From positions 1 to 64,000 of the forward strand of contig CBFFRP010000235.1 of NCBI GenBank assembly GCA_965644295.1: a stretch of DNA of 64,000 nt. The letters are read 5' to 3'. Shown here one piece after another: positions 13,253-26,090 of the stretch. The translations under genes and the position numbers were made by a program. The DNA comes from Paraphysomonas bandaiensis. Taxonomy: Eukaryota > Protista > Chrysophyceae. Position 1 is the first letter of the stretch. Each line of letters begins with the position of its first letter. Under the pieces are notes generated by a model. It ran no database searches, was not told where the DNA came from, and was given only the letters and a program-made list of their open reading frames with translations.

Positions 13253-14671
13253 ATGACCACAACAGGGGGTACATTTGCATTAATTTGCATTCTTTGCTTT
13301 CTGTGTGATGTTATATGCATCAAGTGGGAAATGGGAAGTGAGAGCCGGCTATGCACATCTATCTTCCGCCAATCCAAACGAGAGACCACACGATTGGATC
13401 AGTTTGATCCAATAATGGTTTGGATGGGAAGACCTTCATTGTCACTTCATGTACAGGGAAAGTACGGCCCTGTTCCCATGCCAACTGTGTGGACGAGTTT
13501 CGCCAATGTTTTGTATATAACATCCTGTAACACCGACGACTATACAGCTGCTTGCGTAGAATTTATTCAGGACTGGCTAAATACTCACACGAAATATTTG
13601 GACCGACCTCTGTATGTGTCTGGCAACACTCAAGACTCTAGTGGTGGAGTTTATTTGTTTCCCACTGCTCTAGCTCTAGCTTCTAAGAATGTGCCTGTTT
13701 CCGGTGTAATTGCTGGAAGCCCACCATACACTCCATCTTATCTCTTTCATGCACACCGTTCGTTTGAAACTGCTAATAATATGACTTATTGGTCCGTCGA
13801 TAGAGCCCAGCAGAGAGTCGTATGTAACGGTCATTTCTCTCATGTACAAATGATTATGCACGATATACATCTACACTATCGTCCAGTATTTAGGGAAGGA
13901 GACGAATCAATAGGCGTACGAGGCAGCTATGAATATGAATTAGTGGCTGCGGCTGATACAGAGAGGTGTTATTCAACAAAAGATGCATTTGTACAAGCAT
14001 GGTCGACATCTGCTAAATACAAAACTCCTCATGATGAAGTGTATGCAACCCTTCCATCGCCGCAAATGGGTACCCCCCACTTTCCACTTTGTGGTATCAC
14101 TATGTCTGAAGCAGAGAAGCAAATGCGTGCATTGCTTAGGTTGAATATCACTGTTGTGATGTATACCAGTTTGTACAAGTCCCCAGCTGCACTTTGCAGC
14201 TTCTATATTTCCATTCTACAAGCTGATGCAACTGAGTTTTCTCCTCACTATGACTCATCGTGTTTAGAAAATGAATTTGAAACGAACAAAGATTGTGCGT
14301 CTTATTATACAGCTGAAGAAATGACTTTAGATTCTGCAGATGAAACATTAAAGTACTTTAATGCTGCGAGACTAGATGACTTAGACACAGCATGGACACA
14401 TTCAGACCAACAGGTTGGAACTATTGGGTTAATACAAGACGGCATTGAAGCGCGCTCTCTATTTGCCGATGACGGATCGACAGATACTGGAAAGGGTATT
14501 GTTTGGATACAACTGGATAGCCGCTTTGCGCCAACTCTCGATGAAGCCAAGGAGAGTTCCTCGGGGACACAATTTTTAAGCAAAGCGGTAGCGATCGATA
14601 TTTTAGCTCACGCTGGGGGGAAGCACGGTCAAGGTAGTAATGCAATCGAATATATTGATATCCTTGTGTAG
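13253..14671 (+). CDS. Secreted serine carboxypeptidase (S10)-like protein, probably catalytically degenerate
   Basis: Signal peptide; WTSFANVLYI and EFIQDWLNTHTKYLDRPLYVSG resemble S10 blocks; catalytic motifs altered; single exon of 472 aa. Confidence 0.6.
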   Translation: MTTTGGTFALICILCFLCDVICIKWEMGSESRLCTSIFRQSKRETTRLDQFDPIMVWMGRPSLSLHVQGKYGPVPMPTVWTSFANVLYITSCNTDDYTAACVEFIQDWLNTHTKYLDRPLYVSGNTQDSSGGVYLFPTALALASKNVPVSGVIAGSPPYTPSYLFHAHRSFETANNMTYWSVDRAQQRVVCNGHFSHVQMIMHDIHLHYRPVFREGDESIGVRGSYEYELVAAADTERCYSTKDAFVQAWSTSAKYKTPHDEVYATLPSPQMGTPHFPLCGITMSEAEKQMRALLRLNITVVMYTSLYKSPAALCSFYISILQADATEFSPHYDSSCLENEFETNKDCASYYTAEEMTLDSADETLKYFNAARLDDLDTAWTHSDQQVGTIGLIQDGIEARSLFADDGSTDTGKGIVWIQLDSRFAPTLDEAKESSSGTQFLSKAVAIDILAHAGGKHGQGSNAIEYIDILV

Positions 14672-15596
14672 TGTAAGTGTATGTATGACAAATGGAAGTA
14701 TCGGATGTGAAAAAGTAAATACATCGAGCTCTGTAGGTCTATAGAATTATTGTTATCATATATATCATCTTTTTCTCCTTGAGCCTTGAATTTAAAGCAC
14801 TTTACGAAGTGCAATACTCTATATTAATTAACGTGAAGTACAGAAATTATGTCGTATATATTACTTATTGTATAAAGTGTTGGTAAGGGTTAAAAATATA
14901 AAGTAGTATTTCGTAAAATATCTATATTTTTGTTATTTGTCACAACTTTGTAAAAGAATGAAAGCTCACTGCGAGTCATACCTGTAAGAATGTGTCATAT
15001 CATCATATCATGGCATAGATATAGCTATACTCAGTTAAGTGAAGAGACACAAAATGCCTCTTTTTATGTTGTTTAGTAATATATGTGTTATTGAGTGTGA
15101 AGTGTGAATAGAAAATAGAAGTAAGTGTTACTAAGTGTAAGTCAATTATATATAAATGTGCTACTAAGTGTGAATAGAAGTGTTACTAAGTTTATCTACA
15201 GAATCAACTTAATATCTACAGCTTCGAATTGAGAGGGAGTGTTGGGTATTGATACTCATTACGATTTCTGAGTAAGTATAAAGTTTAGATGTTTAAATTA
15301 CTCCGTCCAAATGCCAGTTTTGTAAAGACCTTTTCTTTTTCTTCCTTTGTATATGTATATGAGCTACATGCTAGCAAAGTGATATTCCTGGCTGCTGCGC
15401 ACTGCACACCGTACACAAATTGTGCGATAACATTCTACGTGACTAATGAAGGGGTACAGTTGAAGAGTAACAGGAATAATTGTTATGGTTAACCACTGAA
15501 GACACCTTGATGTATCTAGTGATTCAAGAAATGCAATTATATTCAATCCACTTCATAACTTCAGTAGTAACGCTACCATCAGTCAATAAAGGCGGC

Positions 15597-16921
15597 TTAA
15601 AGGCTTGTACCGAGAATACGATTGATGTAGCGGGCGCTCCAGCTGCGTCCCACTTGCTTAGGGGGCTCGGGGGCAGGGAAATCCACACCAAGTTCAAGAA
15701 GCTACACAACAACCCCGTTAAATAAAGAAAATAAAGAACACAACACATCTGCTACAGTATCTATGAAACGATACATCAGTGAACACTATCTAGTGAGCTA
15801 TCCGTGACGAATATCGAAATACCTTGCCAAAAGCAGATGCAAAATCTTTAAAAAATGCATCTTCGTCTTTTGCATAGGCCTCCACATAGGGCTTAAACGA
15901 GGGGTCCTTGACGAGAGATAAATCGGCGGGGAGCATCATGAGAGTGCCGTCAGGATTCTCGTACTGCGCGGGACCAGTCCACTTCTGCATAGATAAAACG
16001 TTCAATTACGACAGACAAATACGAATATCGGTATAGGTATATAATTATGTAAGATATATTAAACCAGCACATATATTATACAGAAAGTGATAATTCTATA
16101 TGGTATTAAGATCCCACCTTTCCCTCGTGAGTCTTCTTCGGGGTCCACTTCTCCTCAAGAAGAAGTCTGAAGTATTCGTTTGAGAAAGTAGTCTCTGCAT
16201 TGGTCCAGGGACCCCAGTATCCTGACGCCTCCACATGGCAACGACCAAGAGCATGGGCTCCTGCAAGTGCAACAATTTCCTTGTCACTGAATCCCATGCG
16301 CCCGAAAATATCTCTCAGGTGGGCGATATCGCCAGAAACACTACCGCTGTCGGCATTAGGAAGGCGACCATCAGGAACAGTGGTTGGAGATGAGGAGTCC
16401 GAGCGACCCGGGCGCCAGGCAATCTTCGGGCCGCCCATCTCTTCGATAGCAGTGGCACCCGCAAGAGTCCAAAGGTCTGCGTAAGAAAGGTCGGGATACT
16501 TCTTTTTGATTGGCTCCAAGAAGTCACGCGCAATCTGCAGGCCCGCATTGGCTCCCCAATCCTTCTCGGGTGAAAATCTCATCGTCGCACCATTACTTCC
16601 ACCAGTATTATCTTTCGCAGAGTATGTGCCAGAAGCATGCCAAGCGAGACGAACAAGAGTGGGGCCGATTCCCGTCCCGTCACCTCGTCTCTCAGACTCA
16701 GCTTCAAGTGCTGCGGCAATATCCTTTTTGACCGCATCAATATCAACAGATGCAGCTGATTGCACGGGATATTGATAGGCTGCACCGACGAGGATACCGC
16801 TGATAACCAGAGCACCTAGAGGGAGACTTGATTGGGCTACAGGGGCCTGTGATGAGAGCATACGACGACCTCCAGCTGGGAGAGTTCGCGCAGCTAATCG
16901 GAATAATCGACGGGAGAACAT
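15597..16921 (-). CDS. CCP1: Mitochondrial cytochrome c peroxidase (class I heme peroxidase), 3 exons
   Basis: Presequence [12 protein letters not shown] plus a hydrophobic sorting segment; [33 protein letters not shown]; last exon LLELGVDF. Confidence 0.9.
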
Positions 16922-17169
16922 CTGTATAGTGTGTGCAGTTCTTAGATAATGAGATGTGTTGCTATATACGGAGCTGCTGTGAGTATTATTACATGTAGTG
17001 GATGCCACACATACATATAGCTGCTGTACATACATACATACATACATACATACATACATACATGCAGGCTCAACAAACATAATGCAACACACCAAAAATA
17101 CCACCATATTCTACTTCATATTCATATACAGCAGAGTATGCCCATTTTTTTTGGCATGCATATACTGCT

Positions 17170-17342
17170 GGGGGTGGTTGTGCATATCGATTTCATCGAT
17201 TTGTTCACCGTTTATTTCATCGAAAAATCATCGTTTTTTCAGTGAAAAGTGAAAAAAAGCGACTTTTTAATGAAAAAACGATGATTTTTCAATGAAATAA
17301 ACGATGAACAAATCGATGAAATCGATATGCACAACCACCCCC
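17170..17342. mobile_element. Palindromic MITE (~170 bp)
   Basis: GGGGGTGGTTGTGCATATCGATTTCATCGATTTGTTCA... is inverted at the other end, with arms pairing over most of the length; second copy at 62259-62406. Confidence 0.85.
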
Positions 17343-19489
17343 TGTACAGGTATAGATACAGCAGATCCATAATTGGAATCATGTTGCAATCGACTGAAAA
17401 TAGTAACTTTTCAAGATACTTTTCACTCAAGGAAAATTGGGACATCAAAGTATCTCCTGCAATCATCTGCCAGTGTGTATATATGACTGATATGTATGCT
17501 ACAGATCTGTGTACATATAGTTAACTAGATAAGGATATATATCGACATATCATACTCAGGTAACAACCGGAGAATATTAAATTACGGAATCGCTCTATTA
17601 TATAAATAATGAGTGATATCCTGTGTGCTTCTCACAGTGGAAGTGGAGCACCTAACAGGGCGCATTAATCATTAAATTCAATGAGATAAAGAAGAACTGG
17701 ATGTGAAGGTATGTGTGTGATGCGCAGCTAAACTCTAATGTAAGTAATGTGCTTTACTACAGTGTGGTGAGAGCACCCGACATGTCGCTACTAAAACAAT
17801 CATACCCAACTCGGTCAAACCGCTCTAGTTTGCAGCCACGATGGTGTCTGTCCAACAAACCGGCTATGTGTATTAAGGGTGCTGATGTAAATAAATACGT
17901 GGGTGGAGTACAGTTCTTCTATTATTTGATGGTTGTACTGCTATTAGAAATATATGGTTGATTTCAGTGAATAAAATGTCTCGTTCTCATACTTCCATAC
18001 AATTGTCATGAAAGTAGTAATAATGTAGTAACGTTAGTGAAAGTAATAGTAGCGGAATAAATTAGTGTGCAATAAGTTAATACAGATGCTTTTGACTGCA
18101 GATCTATTTTTTTACACAATAGATACATATGGTTATTATTAGACCACAACTCATACTAATTTAACCAAATTGAACAGTTTTAAACCTTTGCTGTAACATC
18201 AGAACAGATATACATCAGTGTTAATACATAACACGCTGTAGTACATAGTGATAGGTTTTGGTAGATTAAAAATAGTTCCCGCTTGAATTGAACTGCTATA
18301 TCGCTGAGAGGTCAAGAAATCCTGAAATCGCCAGTCGAAACCTCAAACGGATTTCTCAAAATCTCCATAGGCTGTAATGTTACGGAACCCAAATATTAGA
18401 GACCCTGATAGCAAAGAAAGATATCATTTTCGTAGATGCTTCAAAATTCCTCACCTCATTTTTGAGATAATACATGATAGTGTCTGATCGATATACTGGG
18501 TATTCTGAATCATGAAACAACGATATCTAATTCTACGCCACGCCATAAACATCCATCATCAAGATAAAATTGACGACATGTTTTTCACCTGTTGCATTAT
18601 TAACAATATTTTTCTTTCATGTGACGGATATGCCAAACGATGGAACAACATTGATTGGAACGAATAAAGCCCACAGTGATTGGTGTGAATTCAGAGGTCC
18701 ACAACTCATCCTTCTATTGTTGAGCAAAGAACAAGAGCAAAATAAAGCGTATTATGCTGTTGATGATGTATGTGAACAGCAAGAAGAGTTCTATGTTTTA
18801 TGCAATAAATTACTGAAGCACTTTAAAGCAGCATTGCAGAAGAAAGAAGAATATTGGTTGCAGTAGAAATATGTAATAAAAATGCAGAAATAATGAATTA
18901 TTGCTACAACTAACAACTAATTATTACTATACAACAACAGAATCCTCCTTTACAGAGTTGATGGCAATTGTTCATTAGTCCGTTTGCGCTTAGCAGGTGC
19001 TTCTACACACCCCAAGTCATGTTCATTGCGCTCATCGTTAGCCTCCACCCCATTGTGCTCAACTAAGTCTACGACATTCTGCTTAGCTCTCATAGTTTCA
19101 TAGAATAACCGCATCCTGAAGAGCCTCAAGATTTCATCCATCCGCTTCCCAGAATTAGCCTGAACTAATCAGTACCATGTAAGGAACGAGCTCATTCATA
19201 ATCATCCCCTTAAGTCGACTATAATTCTTTCAGAGGAGATGTCCCTGTTTGTGTCTACGTCGCTGTCTGCGGAGAGAGTCAAGCAATGATAATGTGATGT
19301 TTACACGTATGGGATCGCAGTATGCCATACGTGTACTGAGAGTGAGTATACTCTTCTCAGTCTTCTGTTCTACAACAAGCATAGAGTTTTTGACGCAATC
19401 ATAATTCTCAAGAAGAGATTTAAGTCTAGTAGCGTAAACTCTCACCATACTTATTCTTCTTAGCCTAAACTCTGTATATCTGCATGTTC

Positions 19490-19660
19490 AACATTGACCA
19501 GCTCTAAACATAACATAACCGGAAGTTGATCTCCTCGTCAAAGAATCACCCGCCCAGTCAACATCAGGTAACATATGAAGATCAAAATCTTTCCTGCTAT
19601 ATTGCAAGCCTTTCTCCGTAGTACCTCATAAATACTGCATTAAATATATCATGAGATTAC
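19490..19660 (-). pseudogene. Degenerate copia RT/RNase H fragment
   Basis: Minus strand reads YLMQYL*GTTEKGLQYS..DVDWAGDSLTRRSTSGYVMF, with a stop codon. Confidence 0.7.
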
Positions 19661-20469
19661 ATACAGTGATATTCAATTTCATTGAAATATAACTTTTCTT
19701 GCATTGCATTGCATTGACTGAACACAAGCCGTGAATAGCAGTAGCAATTGCTTTAGGAACGTGTGGTTGCACTATGCTGTTTTATAAGCTTAAAACATCG
19801 GCCAGCGGGCACACAACGTTGTTCAGTATCACTATCGGGTGAAGCACTGCCAGAAATAGTCATAGCGGCGACTACTCATTGGGTTATGTCACACTACAAA
19901 GATACAACAGAATGAACACTCTCTCGGACTCTGTCAATCGATTCAAAACTCGCCTACAAAACCCTACTATTCACACACTAAAACCAATATCCAGGGTATT
20001 CTTACACAAAAATAGTAGAAATCAGCAAAATATCTAGAGTAGATACAGCCACAGCAGTATGTTGTGATCAAAACTTAGGATTTTTTTAGTCATTGTAGGA
20101 CATTCTCTACATCTGTAATTGGGATAAACGGAGCATTTCGTCATTATATGATTTCAAACCTTGATGTGTCCGAACAAGATACGAAAACTGAAAAACTATG
20201 AAAAAAATTGATCCAAGAGAATGAGTGATGCATGGGCCTGAAGTTATTATGATCATATACAGGAGTCTACTATACCGCATCCGCATACATCCACCCCACA
20301 CACCTAACTAACCCTCCTGCTGTGTATATACATACCATCACACTAACCATCATATCTCTCCTACTATTATTGGAGATACTAGACTAGTGGATATCGGCAT
20401 CTACTCGAATTAGTTGAATTTAAAGTCTTATTTGTTTGTGTTTTAGTTGATCGGTGTCCACTAGCAGTG

Positions 20470-23400
20470 ATGTCGAATTATTATAATCAGCCTGGTCAAG
20501 GCTCCAATAATTACGGCCCTCCTGGAAATGCATATGGTCGTCCTGGTGGTCCAGGTGGTCCTCCTGTATCTGCCCCCTCATATCAGCAGGGCTCTAGTGG
20601 TGCGGGGGGATATATGCAGCCGCCTACAGGACAAGGAGCTGCATTCGGAGCCCCTCCTGGATCAGGATATTCCCACCCTGCAGGGGGTCCTCCTATGGGA
20701 GGTCCTCCAATGGGGGGACCTCCTCCACCAATGGGGGGTGCTCCGCCTACTGGAGGGCCTCCTATGGGTGGGCCCCCTATGGGTGCCCCACCTCCGATGG
20801 GGGGTCCGCCAAGTGGTGGTGGTGTTCCCCCAGCCCCCAAGTCCAGTGTTCAATTTTTTTCTGTAGGAGGCGGAGGAGCAGCCCCTGTCCCTTCTCCTGC
20901 ATCGTCCTCTGGGGGCGGGATGCCTCCTCCTCCATCCATGGGAGGAAGTACTATGCCACCGCCACCCACTGCTCAAGGTGGGACTATGCCCCCTGCACCA
21001 GGGTCAGGTGGACATCCTGGTTACGCTCCTCCGGGTGCTGGAGCTACTTCTCCACCTGGTAGCCAGCACTACGCGCAGCATCCTAATGTAGGCCCCCCTG
21101 GCTCTGGCGTTCCACAGCAACAAGAGTTCCCCGCCTATGGTATGCAACAGCCCCCCAGCACTACACTTGGCATGCCGACGGGTTTCGACTCCGGCGGGTT
21201 CAACTATGGCCCCCAGGTCACAGCTCCCGGTGCACCGGGTGTTCCAGGAGCCCCACTAGACCCTACTGCACCTGGCCAGCAGCAACAACAGCAAGTACTT
21301 CCCGGCATTGAGGATATGGACCTCTCGATACAATGTGACCCTGCCTTCTTGCGGGCCTCTGTCGGGAAGATAGTACACTCTCAATCGCTCGCTGCACAGT
21401 CACGAGTACCACTTGGTATTGTGTGTCGACCAATGGCGGGAGATGTAGGTATCGACAATGAACAAGTGGAGGTGGTAGATTTTGGTTCGACCGGCATAGT
21501 GCGGTGCAAGAGATGTCGGACGTATATTAACCCCTTTGTATCCTGGGTGGATAACGGACGCCGCTGGAGGTGTAATATATGCGGGATGCTGAACGATGTC
21601 CCGACTTCCTATTTCAGTCACCTTGATCAAAACGGTCAACGAAGGGATCGGGATCAGAGGCCGGAACTCTCTCGATGCAGTGTGGAGTTTGTGGCCCCTG
21701 GTGACTACATGGTGCGCCCCCCCCAGCCACCAGTATACTTCTTTGTATTAGACGTGACATCTGGGGCTGGATCATCTGGTATGCTTACATCAGCTGTGAA
21801 TGCGATCAGGAGATCCCTGGATGAACTACCAGGAAATCCGCGTACACATATAGGTTAGTCAATCTCTCTGTCTGCCTGCACATTGTACATGTCATATCCC
21901 TGACGTAAATATTGCGCGGTTTATTTATATACCGGATGCACAGCCTAGTGTGTGTGTCTACTTCGAAACTGCGCTTAAATTAATATATGCTTTGGAACAA
22001 GCCGGTTGGTGTGCATATCACACACCAGTCGGAAGAGACCTCTGATACATTTCACAACATTTATAGCTCCATTTTTGAGCTTGTACTTAACTTTGATATC
22101 AGGGTTTATCACATTCGACTCGAGCATTCACTTCTATAACCTCAAGAGTAGTTTGAAGGCCCCACAGATGCTCGTTGTATCTGATATTACAGATGTGATT
22201 ATGCCGTCGCCTGAAGACCTATTGGTGAATCTGCAAGATAGTCGGGATGTGGTGGAGCAGCTGTTGGATTCCATACCTGCCATGTTTCAGGTCTGCACCT
22301 TCAGGGGTTCTTTGTGTTTATGTTCTGTGTATTCTGTTGTTTCTATTCACTTGCCTGTATACTCATGATTTGCGGTTCAAACAGAACAATCAGCAAATGA
22401 ATAGCTGCACTGGTGCCGCCCTCCTTGCAGCAAAGCGTGTTATCCAGAACGTCGGTGGAAAGATGCTTCTATTCCAGACCTCTCTGCCGACAATAGGGGA
22501 AGGCACACTAAAGCCAAGAGAGAACCCCCGTCTGCTTGGTACTGATAAGGAGCACCTTCTACTCAATGCTGAGGAAGTGTAAGTTTTTGGCTTATTACTT
22601 GCACGTTCTTCTCTTTGGTATATCTTTTTAATGTATTCTATAGGTGGTATAAGAACAATGCTATTGAGTTTAGCCGTCTTCAGATCTCAGTCGATGTTTT
22701 CTTGTTTTCGAACCAGTATACCGATGTGGCGACGTTCTCTGTACTTGCGAAATACACCGCTGGAAGTACCTACTTTTATCCTGGATTCTACGCACCTAGA
22801 GACGGAGATAAGTTTGAATCGGAACTACAACATACATTAACAAGAGCGACAGCGTTCGAGGCAGTCATGAGAGTGCGCGCCACCCGTGGACTCCGAATTG
22901 CAAACTTTTATGGAAATTTCTTTATTCGTGGGACCGATCTGCTTGCGCTACCGAATTGCCATACGGATAGCGTGTATGCCATGGACTTTGCGTATGATGA
23001 GCCCACTCTTAATGCCTCGGCCATTACAGTGCAAGCAGCGCTACTATACACGAACTCTGCTGGCGAAAGGCGTATCAGAGTTCACACTATGGTTGTTCCA
23101 GTGACGCAGGTAGGCTGCATATCTCCCTATGCCGCTAATTATTACTGTTGTAACATGCATATGCAGTCACTTCCTGATATGTTAGCGCAAACCGACATTG
23201 ATTGCGCAGTCAATATTTCCGTCAAACAGGCTGTTGAAATATCGCTTAAGACGGGTATGGATAATGCCCGGCAAAGGGTCCACCAGAACTGCGTTGAGAT
23301 ACTCCGCGCTGCAAAGGGTGGTCAACAACAGGCGGGACACTATGGTGGACCAGGTTATCAGCAACAGCCACGTTCTTCGGATGGATCGTCTGAGGTGCCG

Positions 23401-24104
23401 GTTTCCCTTCAGCTGCTACCTCTGTACTCCATGTCTATTCAGAAGAACTTGGCCCTAAGAGGAGGAGCTGACGTTCGTACTGATGAGAGAGCATTCTTCC
23501 AGAGTTTGTTGTCCAACATGGATATTGAGGAAAGCAAAGTATTCATATACCCCCGTATGTTTTCTGTGCACGATATGCCAATGGACGCTGGCACCTCATC
23601 GGACAATGCTGATGACGTTCCAACAGCTGGAGAAAACCGTGTTCGACTACCGACCATCTTGAATCTCTCTCACGAACGACTCACCTCGGAGGGTATGTTT
23701 CTACTCGAGAACGGGTATGATTTGTTTTTGTGGATCGGGCGTAACGTTAGCCCAGCCATCTTGGACACTGTCTTCGGTGTGAGCTCTTTGGAAAATGTCG
23801 ATATGAGTCAGCTGTCCATCTTGGCGGAGAATAGTGACTTCTCGCATCGACTAAGTAATGTTGTGGATGCTCTGCGCTCAGAGCGGGGTAGGTATCTGCA
23901 GTTACATTTCATCAAGGAGGGAGACGGTTATGCGGAGGCTTACTTCTCGCGCTTCCTTGTTGAAGACAGGTGAGCGCTTTGTTATGTGGCTGTGTATGTG
24001 TTGTATTTCATGCTATCTGCAGGGCAAACTTTACTGGTGGAACCTTCTCCTACGTCGAGTACCACTCCTTCGTGTCTCGTCAGGTTTCCGGTATGCCTGG
24101 ATAA
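20470..24104 (+). CDS. SEC24: COPII coat protein Sec24, multi-exon
   Basis: Pro/Gly-rich N-terminus, zinc finger RCKRCRTYINPF..WRCNIC, trunk GFITFDSSIHFY, EAVMRVR, ALLYTNSAGERRIRVHT, LQLLPLY, LVEDR. Confidence 0.96.
21912..22052 (+). ncRNA. Candidate intronic box H/ACA snoRNA in Sec24 intron 1
   Basis: Hairpin (GCGCGGTTT/AAACTGCGC), H box AAATTA, second hairpin (CCGGTTGGTGTG/CACACCAGTCGG), ACA at 22047, 14 nt from the upper stem; paralog at 63727-63862. Confidence 0.8.
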
Positions 24105-25387
24105 ACAGCTGTGTCGTGCTACTGTTCCCTTGCTAGCTGCCTTTCACCCTCTCGTATCCGCGTTGTTAGAATACGCTAGTGTTGAGCTCTTAGACGACAT
24201 AATATAGGTGATAAAATGCTGCCAGTTTCATGGCTTGACATTGACGATGAGCAATAGTAATGTGGCTGCAGTGGTGTGTGGGTGTGGTTGTGGGAAGAAT
24301 GAGTAGATAGGGATTTTATATGCCTTGTGTAATATGCGGTGCAGTAAAAAATAATTTAGTTCTTTCCTATTATTATGAGTTCGTTATGTTCGCCGTTAGT
24401 TACTGTAGAGTTATATATACCCAAACTATTGTCTATGGTTTGTCCCAGGGGATCTACAGTTGGCTCTATGTCAATAAAATCTCAAAACCTTTGTAAAACT
24501 CAGGCATTAAACAACAAGACGAGTTAAAGAATAAAGTCTCGTACCACCTCGTACACAAACTTATACGTTGTATATGTAGCTTTTATTATCATTATTGTCA
24601 TATCATGCACAAATTGTGGCTACATAGCTTCATTCTCCTCGACTAGTATACAGTACAAAGTATACAGCCAGCAATAAATAACCAGGCTTTTTCTTAATGA
24701 ATAGATCCAACTTCCGTTATGACATTAGTATAATGTCATTTCACTAAAAAATAAAGTACCAGCACTTCATCCATCAACTCACCTGATTACCGATAACATC
24801 CACGCTGTCTTCTATGAAAGATGCACAGCGTTGTTATGTCCTTTTTATTCTATGTTATCCAAAGAATCCCTCTTGTTGATCTATTCATATTAAAGGATAA
24901 ATTAATTTGCGCAACAAGTTTACTGTCTCATCAACAAACACGTATACAGTATACAACAGTAGATTATATACACAACAGTAGATATATACTATATACATAT
25001 ACGTACGGCTGTTCCCAGAATAGTTCAGGAGAATCAGAAATCTTGGAAACGTGGACAGGATCTCTACAATAATAAAATCAATATCTCATCACGATTTCGA
25101 ATTATATCTAAAGCATAATATCCGAGACACTACATACATTACTATCATCGGGATTGCTCTTGAATGTTGTCAGGGAAGACATTATTGCTGCGTTGTTTTT
25201 ACGAATGGCAGAACCGTAGTTATCATAGATTATAAGTACCCCAAAATCATGATAGGCAGCCATAAGCCATAGTGATAAAATTAGTTAGAGTGCGTAGTAT
25301 GTAGTGTGTAGGTCCGCCACTAATATATTGTGTGGTGTGAGATGGTATCTTAGACAGTCACAGTGTGTAATCAAAGGATATAAGAAC

Positions 25388-25474
25388 GACTAGGTTGAAT
25401 ACCAAAGTTGACTAGGTTGAGTCATTTATTACTTTGACTAGGTTACTCTACCAAAATAGCTTGACTAGGTTGAA
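25388..25474 (+). repeat. Four spaced copies of (T)GACTAGGTT(GA)
   Basis: Motif at 25388, 25410, 25436 and 25463 with unrelated spacers. Confidence 0.7.
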
Positions 25475-25609
25475 TAATATTTCCCATTGAAAACTACTTA
25501 TATTTTGTCATATTTGTAAATAAAGTGAGGTAATCACGAATCACGAGAGGGTAATATGTGACGTAGAAATGTGCACACGTGTACACATTCGTGACGATCA
25601 TGTATATAT

Positions 25610-26090
25610 TGAAAGTCTTATTATTAGCAATAGGCGTTAAAAACCTGCACCAACTTAGTAGCTAGATGAATGCTAGACAAACTAGTTAGACCTCTACCTG
25701 TAACTAATCAGTACAAACTCTATTATACTACTATTTAACGCTACGAAAGCTGCTTGTGCGTCGCCGCAAGCACCAAGGTGCAACCACTTCCTTCTGAGTT
25801 CTTAAGGTGAACATCCCGGATGCTTGACTTCATCAGGCAGCCCAATACCCCGGTTACCCTTCAGGTGGGCCCTGTCCCGGATGCCCTTGAGGTGGGCCCA
25901 TTTCCGGATGCCTGTTTATTCGTCAGGGCCCAAAGACGTCTACACAAGTGACACTTATTGGTGTACCTTGTACCACACAAGCATTCGGCTATGAGTGGGC
26001 AGAATAATATCTGCTGACTATGTTTGCGGCTCACGTTAGTTTCCCAGAGAGAATCTCTCCGGTACTTATCCCCCGGAACACCACGAAAAC
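25610..26090 (-). mobile_element. Non-autonomous retroelement copy (5'-truncated inside the ribozyme-like region)
   Basis: Highly similar to 42440-42943; carries an internal ~30-bp tandem duplication; 3' end GCTAATAATAAGACTTTCA. Confidence 0.85.

Noticed and set aside
16922-17107. N-terminal extension of the peroxidase ORF (MYVCMYVC...)
   Set aside because: It translates a (TACA)n microsatellite; the ATG at 16921 gives a typical mitochondrial presequence.
18560-19200. Possible hAT transposase relic (DMP.RWNN-like)
   Set aside because: One frameshifted motif only; too weak to annotate.
20528-20976. Overlapping Gly/Pro-rich ORFs
   Set aside because: Shadow frames of the low-complexity Sec24 N-terminus.
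25388-25474. CRISPR-like repeat-spacer pattern
   Set aside because: Repeats are only 9-12 bp, spacers are short, the context is eukaryotic and there are no cas genes.
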